Positions 21,908-30,738 of a DNA stretch of 64,000 nucleotides are shown here, piece by piece. Source of the stretch: Sulfurimonas sp. (GTDB taxonomy: Bacteria > Campylobacterota > Campylobacteria > Campylobacterales > Sulfurimonadaceae); NCBI GenBank assembly GCA_027448805.1, contig DAIDMU010000121.1:7736-71735 (forward strand), written 5' to 3'. The notes under the pieces are model-generated. The model was not told where the DNA came from and did not search any database. It saw only the letters and a list, made by a program, of their open reading frames with translations. How positions within the stretch are numbered: position 1 is the first letter of the stretch; every line of letters starts with the position of its first letter. The position numbers were made by a program, and so were the translations under genes.

Positions 21908-24503
21908 TTGCAGACTTTTAACCATATATTTACTTCTCAGAAAAAGTTCAAATCTTTTTTAGAAGAGCATAAAATCAGTGAAAGCGACAAGCCCTTTATA
22001 CAGCTTTTTGTTGGAAATAATGATCCGCAAAATATGCAAAATATATTAAGTGTCATTAACACTCTTTTGCCACGGGCCTCTATTATCTCCACATCGACGG
22101 CAGGCGAGATTATTGAAGGTCAGATGATAGAAAATTCCGCCGTGCTATCATTAACTATTTTTAAATCAACGAATGTGCATGTTGAACTAATTGAAGGCAA
22201 AGATGAGAGAGATATTGCATACAAACTAGCCAACCTTACAACTTTACATACAAAACTTATTATTGCATTTAATAACCCATACTCTAACGATGGAGAGGAT
22301 TTTTTAAATGCTCTAAACGAAAAAATTCCGCATATTAAAATTGCAGGCGGAAATGCCGGAGATAACGGTGCATTTGCGGCTCAAACAGTCGTGGGTGCCG
22401 GTACCAAAACATCAACAACTGCTGTCTCCGTTTCAATACTAGACTCAGAGAACTTACAGATTTTTAACGAGTATCTTTTAAATTGGCAGACAATCGGCGA
22501 ATCAATGACTATAACTAAAGCCGATAAAAGCATAATTTATGAAATTAATAATCAAAAAGCACAAGACATTTATAGACATTTTTTAGGAGATGATGTAGCA
22601 AACAATCTTCCAATATCCGGAATTGAATTTCCGCTTATATTTAATGAAGACGGCATAAACATCGCTCGGGCACCAATCGCAGTCGGCAATAACAAAGAGC
22701 TGATTATGGCGGGCCACATAAAAGAGGGAATTAGCGTAAAATTTGGGTTTGGAGATATTATTGAAAATGAGAAAAGTGCAATCGAAATAGTTGAAAATTT
22801 TTCTAAAAACCCTGTTGAGAGCATATTTATCTACTCTTGTTCCGCAAGAAAATATTTTCTGAAAGAGCATCTAAAGAGCGAGTTTATCATGCTTGAAAAA
22901 ATAGCTCCGACAAGCGGATTTATAACTTATGGAGAGTTTTTTGAAAAAAACAGATGCAATAAAATACTAAATGTTTCATCTACATTTATAGGGCTTAGCG
23001 AAAATCCAGATGTCTCTCACGATATAGGCTTTGAAAAGAAGCCAATTAGCGCAAAAGCTTATACTTTAAATGCTTTGACACACTTGATAAAACAAACATC
23101 TAAAAACCTCGAGGAGAAAAACAAAAGTTTAAGCCAATTTCAAAATATCATTAAGGAGTCGGCTCTCTACTCCTTGACGGACACAAAAGGAATCATTAAA
23201 GATGTAAATGAGCGTTTTATAAAACTATCCGGATACACAAGAGATGAGCTTATCGGCAAACCGCACAATATAGTTCGTCACAAAGACGTACCGTCTTCCG
23301 TATATGAAGATATGTGGAGAACCATAAAACAAAAACAAAGCTGGAGAGGCATAGTTAAAAACAGGGCTAAAGATGGCTCTTCCTACTATGTTCGTTCATA
23401 TGTTTTTCCTATTTTAGATATGGACGGCGACATCACTGAGTATGTCTCTATACGAGATGACATTACTGATGAAGTTGAGAGAAAACAGCACTTGGAAGGT
23501 GCTGTTAATGCTCTTGAAGAAAAAACGAAAGAGAAAGAGTACATGCTTAACCAATATGAGAAAATCATAAACCTAAGCAGCTCTTTCTTCCGTGTGGATA
23601 CAAACTACAATCTTATATACGTTAATGATGTATTTTGTGATATCTATCGCTGTACGGCAGAAAAAATGATTCAAAAAAATATAGCTGATATATTGGAATC
23701 AAATTTTACAAAGACTCATTTTGACTCTATAAACAAAATTTTACTAAAAAATGGCGCATGGTCTGGCGTTGTTCCGTTTAAACGACAAGATAAGACAATA
23801 ATTCATATGGACACTTCCGTAAACGTCATCTACGATAAAAATAAAAATATCGCAGAGTTTATGGTTGTTTTGCATGATATAACCGACCTAATAATAGCCC
23901 AAGATGAGATTACGGAAACACAAAGGGACGTCGTCTATACAATGGGTGCTATCGGAGAAACCAGAAGCAAAGAAACCGGAAACCACGTAAAGAGAGTTGC
24001 TGAGTACTCTAAAGTTTTCGCTTTGCATTATGGACTGGATGAAGAAAAAGCAGAACTGCTAAAGATGGCCAGTCCTATGCACGATATCGGCAAAGTAGGC
24101 ATTCCTGATGACATCTTAAACAAGCCCGGTAAACTTACCGATAATGAGTGGAACATTATGAAAACACACTCATCACTCGGCTATGAAATGCTTAAAAACT
24201 CTAAAAGAGAGATTTTGCAAGCAGCTGCCATAGTCGCACACACGCACCATGAGCAGTGGGACGGCGGCGGATATCCCAATTCTTAAAGGCGAGGATATTC
24301 ACATATACGGACGCATAACTGCAATTGCAGATGTGTTTGACGCACTTGGAAGTGATAGATGCTATAAAAAAGCGTGGGAAGACGAGAAAATATTTGAGCT
24401 TATAAGAAACGGGCGCCAAAAACACTTTGACCCTAAGCTTGTAGATATCTTTTTTGAAAATCTGGATACATTTTTAGAGATACGTTCAAAGTTTAAAGAT
24501 TAA
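21908..24503 (+). pseudogene. FIST-PAS-PAS-HD-GYP phosphodiesterase, frameshifted near 24281 (mutation or sequencing error)
   Basis: MHDIGK and HHEQWDGGGYP in one frame, LKGEDIHIYGRITAIADVFDAL in another. Confidence 0.8.
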
Positions 24504-24596
24504 TAGCGCTATTTTTGGTGTAGTTTTGTAACAAGATAATCACAAAGTTATTACAATTATCACATTCTTGCCCTAGAATAATAAAAACTTATACAA

Positions 24597-24626
24597 TTGT
24601 GATATTATTACAAAACAATATCACAA
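24597..24626. promoter_or_regulatory. inverted repeat, putative operator upstream of the response regulator
   Basis: TTGTGATATT-N10-AATATCACAA. Confidence 0.5.
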
Positions 24627-24656
24627 AATAATTATATTTAACTATCTGGGCAAATT

Positions 24657-25403
24657 ATGGAAAAACACAAAATTATCATCGTCGAAGATGATGAAATTAC
24701 AGCACTGAATCTAAAACTTTCTCTGCAAAAACATGGATATAACATAATCGCAGTGTGTGACAATGCGCCACAGGCAAAAGAGAAGATAGAAGAGACCAAA
24801 CCGGACGTTATAATAATAGATATCTCTCTTCAGGAGAGTAATGACGGGATAGAGCTGGCAAAGACAATCAGACAGCACTACTCAATCCCGTTTATATACC
24901 TCACATCTTACAGCGATGACGACATTATTGCAGAGGCGATAAAAACAGAGCCTTACGGGTACATAGTTAAACCTTTTGATCCATCCTCCCTTCATGCTAC
25001 CATACAGATGGCTATTTTCAAATTTGAGATGGAAAACAAAAGATATGAAGAGATAAATGCCTCTAAAATTGATGAGCAAAATATAGAAAAACTGCTTTAT
25101 GCAAAAAGAGAGTCAGACAGACCGATAGTTATCTTTGGGGATAGCTATTATATAGATATTTCTAAAGATGAGATATTTTACAATAATGAAAAAATAAAAC
25201 TTACAAAAAAAGAGAATGCAATCCTGCGTCTTCTTGTTGCAAAACTCGGTCATGTGATTAGCTTCAGTCAAGCAATTGATTATGTTTGGAAAGACAACGG
25301 AGCAACTGAAAACAGCATAAGAACGCTTGTGTGGAGACTTAGAAGCAAACTTCCGACAGACATAATAAAAAATGCCTCCGGAATTGGCTACTACATAGAG
25401 TAG
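24657..25403 (+). CDS. response regulator (REC + winged helix)
   Basis: VEDD, IIDISL, KPF, RLRSKL...GIGY. Confidence 0.9.
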   Translation: MEKHKIIIVEDDEITALNLKLSLQKHGYNIIAVCDNAPQAKEKIEETKPDVIIIDISLQESNDGIELAKTIRQHYSIPFIYLTSYSDDDIIAEAIKTEPYGYIVKPFDPSSLHATIQMAIFKFEMENKRYEEINASKIDEQNIEKLLYAKRESDRPIVIFGDSYYIDISKDEIFYNNEKIKLTKKENAILRLLVAKLGHVISFSQAIDYVWKDNGATENSIRTLVWRLRSKLPTDIIKNASGIGYYIE

Positions 25404-25406
25404 CAC

Positions 25407-28061
25407 TTAAGAGATTTTTATCTTAGAAAGCCTGTTTTTTATCTTCTCAAACATAGCTTCATAGTTGTAGTCACTATCTCTATTTTTGGCCATTTTCTCT
25501 ATTTTTGAACTATCTTCTTGCACCTCTTCAAGCCTGAAGTTGCCGCTTGAACCCTTTATGCTGTGGGCAATAAGCGCTATTTTATTGTAATCTCTTGATT
25601 TTATCGCATCTTCCATCTCTGGTATCTGTTTGGACATTTTTTTAATAAAAAGCTCCACAAGCATTATCAGCTCTTCTCTCTCAAGCATCAGCTCTTGATT
25701 CAGCTTTTCGCAGTTCAGACCATCGATACCGCTGTTTGCAGCAGTAGATTTTGGTTCAATCAAATCATCATTTGTAACTTTTAGATAGTTGGTAAAGACT
25801 CTTTCAAGCTCTTTGATGACAATAGGTTTTCCTAAAAATGAGTCAAAACCGCTCATTAAACCTCTCTCTTTCGCGCCTTTAATTACATTGGCTGTTAACG
25901 CTGATATAGGCGTATGTCTAAGCTCTTTCTCTCTTTCATACTTTATGATGGCCTGCACGGCTTCGTTACCGTCCATAATCGGCATCTGCTCATCCATCAA
26001 AATAAGATCATAGTTGTTAGCCTTGTAAAGATTTACCGCTTCAAGGCCGTTTGTTGCCAAATCATAAGTGAGCCCATACTTTGTCAAAAGAATTTTTATA
26101 AGCTCCTGATTTGCCTCATTGTCCTCTGCTACTAAGATATGTCCTTGAAACTTCATACTTCGCACATGTTTGTGAGGAGAGAATGAGTCCGGATGGAGCA
26201 GTTCGTCAAATGTAGTCTTGATTTTTGAGCAGTAAAGCGGAAAGCAGATACTTGATATATGTGAATATTTCTCATATTTATCGCTTGGTTTGCTCGTAAG
26301 TGCTATATATTTTTTATCAGAATTTAAAATTCTCTCTTTAAACTCATCATCAACGTATTCATCCAAAAATATTACTATATCGTGCTCTTTTTCTATCGTG
26401 TCAACCATATTTATATTCATATTAAACATATTTGAGTACTTTAAAAAAGATTCTGATTTGAAGCCGCTTACCATATCTTTTGAATAAAAAACAGTTTTAA
26501 GCATTCTAAGCTCATCCAAATCACTGAAAATCTGGCACTCGTTGTTGTGAATCTCAACTGGAAGTTCAACCCAAAACGTACTTCCTTGCCCAAGTTCTGA
26601 GTGCGCATGAACACTTCCCCCCATATGCTCGGATAGCTGGTGGCAAATGGAGAGTCCAAGCCCAGTACCATCAAGATGTTCTATCTCTCCGCGTCCGGCT
26701 TGGGTAAATGCGGTAAATATATTTTTGATATCCTCCTGTGCTATCCCGATTCCATTGTCATGGACGCTTACTTTTAGGATTTTATCTTTGCATGTAGCCT
26801 CTACATTTATGTGTCCGCCGACTTTTGTGAATTTTATGGCATTGCTTAAAATATTTGATAAAATCTGTTTTATTCTTAGTGAATCCGCATAGAGCTCCTT
26901 AGGTATCGTCGGGTCTATAAACGAGGTAATAGTGATATCTTTTGCGTTTGCGGAGGCGACAAAAAGCTCTAAAGTATGGCTAATTTCATTATGAATAGAG
27001 AAGATTCTAGGTTCAATCGTAAACTCTCCGCTTCTAAGTTTTGAGAAGTCTAAAATATCGTTGATAATACTTAAAAGATTCTCTCCGCTGTTTAATATTA
27101 TCTCCAGATATCTTCTGTGCTGTTTTGAGAGGTCCTGCTCTATAAGAAGATTGACGAATCCCAAAATAGCGTTAAGCGGGGTTCTGATTTCGTGTGACAT
27201 GTTGGATAAAAAATACTCTTTGGCCTGAGAGGCCCTTTGAGCTTCAAGCCTTGCGTCTATGAGCGTTGTAACATCATTTGCAATCGACATGTACTCAATG
27301 GAGTTGTCATAAGGGTCTGTGATTTTAACAATCGTAACGTCGATATAAAAGTACTCTCCGTTTTTCTTATTGTTCTTGATTGTTCCTCTAAAAATGCCTC
27401 TATTTTCAAGCTGAAACCATAAATCATTAAAATAGCCCTGCGGCATATCTTCATGTTTTACAATGCTGTGTTTGCTTCCCATAAGCTCATCAACGCTATA
27501 ACCGCTTAATTTTGCATACTTGTCATTAACATAAGTTATCGTACCGTTCATATCGGTCTTAGAGATAATAGCACTCTCATCCAGTGCCTTTTGGTACTCG
27601 CTAAGCAATCTTACATGTCGATTTATCTCTTGCTCTTTTTGAAAGATTGTGTCTGTATAATATTTTAGGATGCCTCTGAGATTTTTATCAAAAATATATG
27701 ACATCTCGTCAAAGAGCTCCTTTGAGTTCAACTTGGCACCATACGTGAAATCAATCATAGCTTTTCTAAAGTGGGTACAAATCTCAAAAACCTCATCCGC
27801 CCTTATGTTTCTATCCTTTAAAAACTCAAGAAGGCTCTGCATAACAGGACACTCGCCTATCTCTACCTTATCGGAAATCACTCCCATAAAATAGTCAAAA
27901 ACGCCGTCCGCATACTCATTTAAAAAATTATTCACATCTATGTCATGAAGTTTCAATATCTCCTGCGGCGACTCATATGACATCCATTGAAAAAGTATAG
28001 ACTTTTTTGACGCTATAAAAATATCCTGATTTTCTACGAGATTCGGTATCTTTTTTTTCAT
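25407..28061 (-). CDS. cytoplasmic hybrid sensor kinase (N-terminal helical domain-PAS-HisKA-HATPase-REC-Hpt)
   Basis: MSHEIRTPLN, NAIKF, GTGLGL, LMDEQMP, AHSIKGSS. Confidence 0.92.
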   Translation of the reverse strand: MKKKIPNLVENQDIFIASKKSILFQWMSYESPQEILKLHDIDVNNFLNEYADGVFDYFMGVISDKVEIGECPVMQSLLEFLKDRNIRADEVFEICTHFRKAMIDFTYGAKLNSKELFDEMSYIFDKNLRGILKYYTDTIFQKEQEINRHVRLLSEYQKALDESAIISKTDMNGTITYVNDKYAKLSGYSVDELMGSKHSIVKHEDMPQGYFNDLWFQLENRGIFRGTIKNNKKNGEYFYIDVTIVKITDPYDNSIEYMSIANDVTTLIDARLEAQRASQAKEYFLSNMSHEIRTPLNAILGFVNLLIEQDLSKQHRRYLEIILNSGENLLSIINDILDFSKLRSGEFTIEPRIFSIHNEISHTLELFVASANAKDITITSFIDPTIPKELYADSLRIKQILSNILSNAIKFTKVGGHINVEATCKDKILKVSVHDNGIGIAQEDIKNIFTAFTQAGRGEIEHLDGTGLGLSICHQLSEHMGGSVHAHSELGQGSTFWVELPVEIHNNECQIFSDLDELRMLKTVFYSKDMVSGFKSESFLKYSNMFNMNINMVDTIEKEHDIVIFLDEYVDDEFKERILNSDKKYIALTSKPSDKYEKYSHISSICFPLYCSKIKTTFDELLHPDSFSPHKHVRSMKFQGHILVAEDNEANQELIKILLTKYGLTYDLATNGLEAVNLYKANNYDLILMDEQMPIMDGNEAVQAIIKYEREKELRHTPISALTANVIKGAKERGLMSGFDSFLGKPIVIKELERVFTNYLKVTNDDLIEPKSTAANSGIDGLNCEKLNQELMLEREELIMLVELFIKKMSKQIPEMEDAIKSRDYNKIALIAHSIKGSSGNFRLEEVQEDSSKIEKMAKNRDSDYNYEAMFEKIKNRLSKIKIS

Positions 28062-28076
28062 TTACTTTAACTTTTC

Positions 28077-28886
28077 CTATATTATAAAATATGATAACAA
28101 CATTATCACAGAGAACTTAACAAGAGATATCACGGCCGTTCCTATTATATTTCCTATTTGGCAGCTTGTGCATGATGTAAAACGCTTTCCCTCATACTGG
28201 GCATAGAAAAAATAGATAACATTCAATGCAAGCGCGCCATAAAAAAGATATGTTTGATATTGCCAAAATTGTGCTGATGTCTCATCGCTGACAAATAGTG
28301 AGCCTATAAGTAAAATTATCATTGCCAGCATTAGTGCATTGATAGCTTTAGTTATATAATCTCTTTTAAAAATTGTAGGGCAGCTCTGAGAAATTGCGAC
28401 ATCGCTTCCAAACTCTAATTTTTTTGTAAAGAGCTTTTTCTCTTCTTTGCTTAGCTTATTTAAAAAACTTGACCCAAATGTATAATCAATTTTTCTTTGA
28501 AGTAAAATACTAAAATCTCCATCGGCTTTAAGTGAGTGTTGGTTGCCAAATCTATCTTGGTAAACTAGGCTGATTGTCTCATATCTTGTAACATTTGCGC
28601 TGAGTTTCGGAAAATAAGCCGTTTTTTCAACAGTTGTCACCTTACCGCTTTGGCTTATGATTCTTGGATTTATCAGCTCTAAAAAATCTCCGCCTTGCTC
28701 TTTTTTAACAACTACGACATTATAGTAACTGCCTATCTGAAAAGCTGCCAATCCATCCAAAGAGTTAGCCTCAATTGTATCTTTCATATCCCCTATCAAA
28801 GAAAATATCTCTTCGTTAAAAACTCTCACATCAGTTGCATACTCTACGCTTGGCGGAGTTGGATATGTAATTATCTCTCTAATCAT
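28077..28886 (-). CDS. peptide deformylase-like protein lacking metal ligands, with C-terminal TM domain
   Basis: GLAAFQIG and ELINPRI retained; EGCLS replaced by EKTAY and QHEIDH by QRKIDY; three hydrophobic helices. Confidence 0.75.
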   Translation of the reverse strand: MIREIITYPTPPSVEYATDVRVFNEEIFSLIGDMKDTIEANSLDGLAAFQIGSYYNVVVVKKEQGGDFLELINPRIISQSGKVTTVEKTAYFPKLSANVTRYETISLVYQDRFGNQHSLKADGDFSILLQRKIDYTFGSSFLNKLSKEEKKLFTKKLEFGSDVAISQSCPTIFKRDYITKAINALMLAMIILLIGSLFVSDETSAQFWQYQTYLFYGALALNVIYFFYAQYEGKRFTSCTSCQIGNIIGTAVISLVKFSVIMLLSYFII

Positions 28887-28941
28887 GATATGCCCTGTTA
28901 AACTACTTTTTTGTTGAGGATTTTAATGTTTCTTTATGAAT

Positions 28942-28971
28942 AAAGACCCTAGATTGTTCTCTAAGGTCTTT
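28942..28971 (-). terminator. terminator of the sqr transcript
   Basis: Minus strand AAAGACCTTAGA-GAACAA-TCTAGGGTCTTT, with a G-U pair that only forms on this strand. Confidence 0.7.
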
Positions 28972-28982
28972 GTAGATGAACG

Positions 28983-29150
28983 TTAGTGGCTTTTTCGTAC
29001 TACTACTAACATTTTGATATTAATAACAATAAATCTAATAAATTGCCAAATTTTGCATGTTCTCAACTTTATAGCAAACGGACCAGGTGTCATTGTTGTA
29101 AAATTATTACCATACGCCTTAATGTTATGTTCTGCTTTCTTACTCATCAT
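28983..29150 (-). CDS. 55-aa SQR-associated small protein (not in ORF track)
   Basis: AGGAG RBS; MMSKKAEHNIKAYGNNFTTMTPGPFAIKLRTCKIWQFIRFIVINIKMLVVVRKSH; lies between the sqr stop and its terminator. Confidence 0.75.
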   Translation of the reverse strand: MMSKKAEHNIKAYGNNFTTMTPGPFAIKLRTCKIWQFIRFIVINIKMLVVVRKSH

Positions 29151-29174
29151 ATCTCCTTTGATATCTTTATATTT

Positions 29175-30644
29175 CTATTCTGGGATTAATGTCCAGCCGG
29201 CTTTTAGCTTGGCTTTCCATATAAACAGATGGTGAAGGATATGTTTAATCCAGTGACCCGCAAGACCAATCTCGCCGAATGTATAATCCGTATCACGGCC
29301 TGTTCCAGGGTACTTTTCAAAGTCAGGAACAACAGGGTAGATTGTCATCGCCGCAGCAGTTCCGTCAAAAATGCCTTTTCCGGCTGAAGCAACACAAGCA
29401 GCACCCATATGAGCCATAGAAGCTTCATGCAGAGGAGCATTTTCACCTTGAAGTATTCTGTCACAAATACTGTGAGCAACCGCTTTACCGATAATACCTG
29501 ATGGCATACCCGTTCTTGGAGGAGTCGGGTTGATTGGTGTTCCGTTTGGAGAACTCATCGGTTTAGAAATAGGGTGTGGCGGTGCAAATGCGATACCGCA
29601 AGCAAACATATTTCCGTAAGTCGGGTTTTGGTAAGTTTTTGGCCAGTCGCTTGCCCTCCAGTTCTCATAAGCGCCTGCTGAGTAGTTAGCATCAACTTTC
29701 ATAAATCCGTTTGGAGCAAAAACAGTTGCAGTTATGTCGGTTCCGTCTTTTGCATAAGCTTTTAAGCCTACTCCGGCAAATGGAGGAATCAGCATCGAGA
29801 AGTCAAACTCCTCTTCACCCATAGAGCCATCAAGCAGCTCATAACTGACTTTTCCTTTTTCTACTTTGTTTACATGCGCACCGATTATCCAGTCAACATT
29901 TCTCTCCGTAAAAAGTGATTCTGCAAAGATTTTTGAACTAACTGCAAATCCCATACTTTTCATATGCAGTCCGCCAACGCCAAAGTCACCCAAGAAAGAT
30001 TCGTTTGAAATCCATTTCAAGTCAGCCATATCACGAACACCGGCTTTGTTTAACTCATGCTCGATGTTAAAGATATACTCAAATGCAGCGCCTTGACACG
30101 TACACAAGCCATGTCCCGTTCCGATTAAAAACTTTTGGCGCTCGCCTTTTTTCATCTTTTGGATGCACTTTTGAAACTCTTCATTTGCGTGAACAGCGTG
30201 GTCAGCCGTACAAACCGAAACTGTGAATTCGCCAAGACCGTTAGCGTCGCCAAGGCCTGGAGTTGCACCAAAGTTAAGTTTTGGTCCCGTAGCGTTGATT
30301 AGATAATCATACTCTACATTTTCAGTCATACCCTCGCGGCCGGCAAGCGTATACTCAATAGTAACAAAAGGCTTATTGAGCAGTTCGCTGCCTTCTGGGT
30401 TAATTGAGAGAGCTTTTGCCTGCTTATAATTTATACCGGCTTTAGCATAAACAGGAGCTAAATCAAAAGTAACTTCCTCTTTACTCATCTCTCCGACACC
30501 AACCCAAATGTTTGACGGAATCCAGTTCCATTTTGAATTTGGGGTTACAACAACAACCTCATGAGCCGAGCCTAACCATTTTGCTGCGAAAGTAGCAGCA
30601 GTATGACCTGAAACACCTCCGCCAAGAACAACTAATCTAGCCAT
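29175..30644 (-). CDS. sqr: sulfide:quinone oxidoreductase, SqrD/type IV-like
   Basis: GGGVSG FAD motif, WIPSNIWVGVG, TCQGAAFEY, PPRTGMPS, GAACVAS, C-terminal amphipathic helix. Confidence 0.9.
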   Translation of the reverse strand: MARLVVLGGGVSGHTAATFAAKWLGSAHEVVVVTPNSKWNWIPSNIWVGVGEMSKEEVTFDLAPVYAKAGINYKQAKALSINPEGSELLNKPFVTIEYTLAGREGMTENVEYDYLINATGPKLNFGATPGLGDANGLGEFTVSVCTADHAVHANEEFQKCIQKMKKGERQKFLIGTGHGLCTCQGAAFEYIFNIEHELNKAGVRDMADLKWISNESFLGDFGVGGLHMKSMGFAVSSKIFAESLFTERNVDWIIGAHVNKVEKGKVSYELLDGSMGEEEFDFSMLIPPFAGVGLKAYAKDGTDITATVFAPNGFMKVDANYSAGAYENWRASDWPKTYQNPTYGNMFACGIAFAPPHPISKPMSSPNGTPINPTPPRTGMPSGIIGKAVAHSICDRILQGENAPLHEASMAHMGAACVASAGKGIFDGTAAAMTIYPVVPDFEKYPGTGRDTDYTFGEIGLAGHWIKHILHHLFIWKAKLKAGWTLIPE

Positions 30645-30738
30645 AAAACATCCTTTATAAGTATAAAAACTTCGATTTCAATGATATCTTAAATATAGTA
30701 AAAAGTGTGATATTTTTAACACATTTTATACTATTGGG

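Noticed and set aside
29014-29235. 73-aa + strand ORF
   Set aside because: Antisense to sqr and the 55-aa gene; no convincing RBS or motif.
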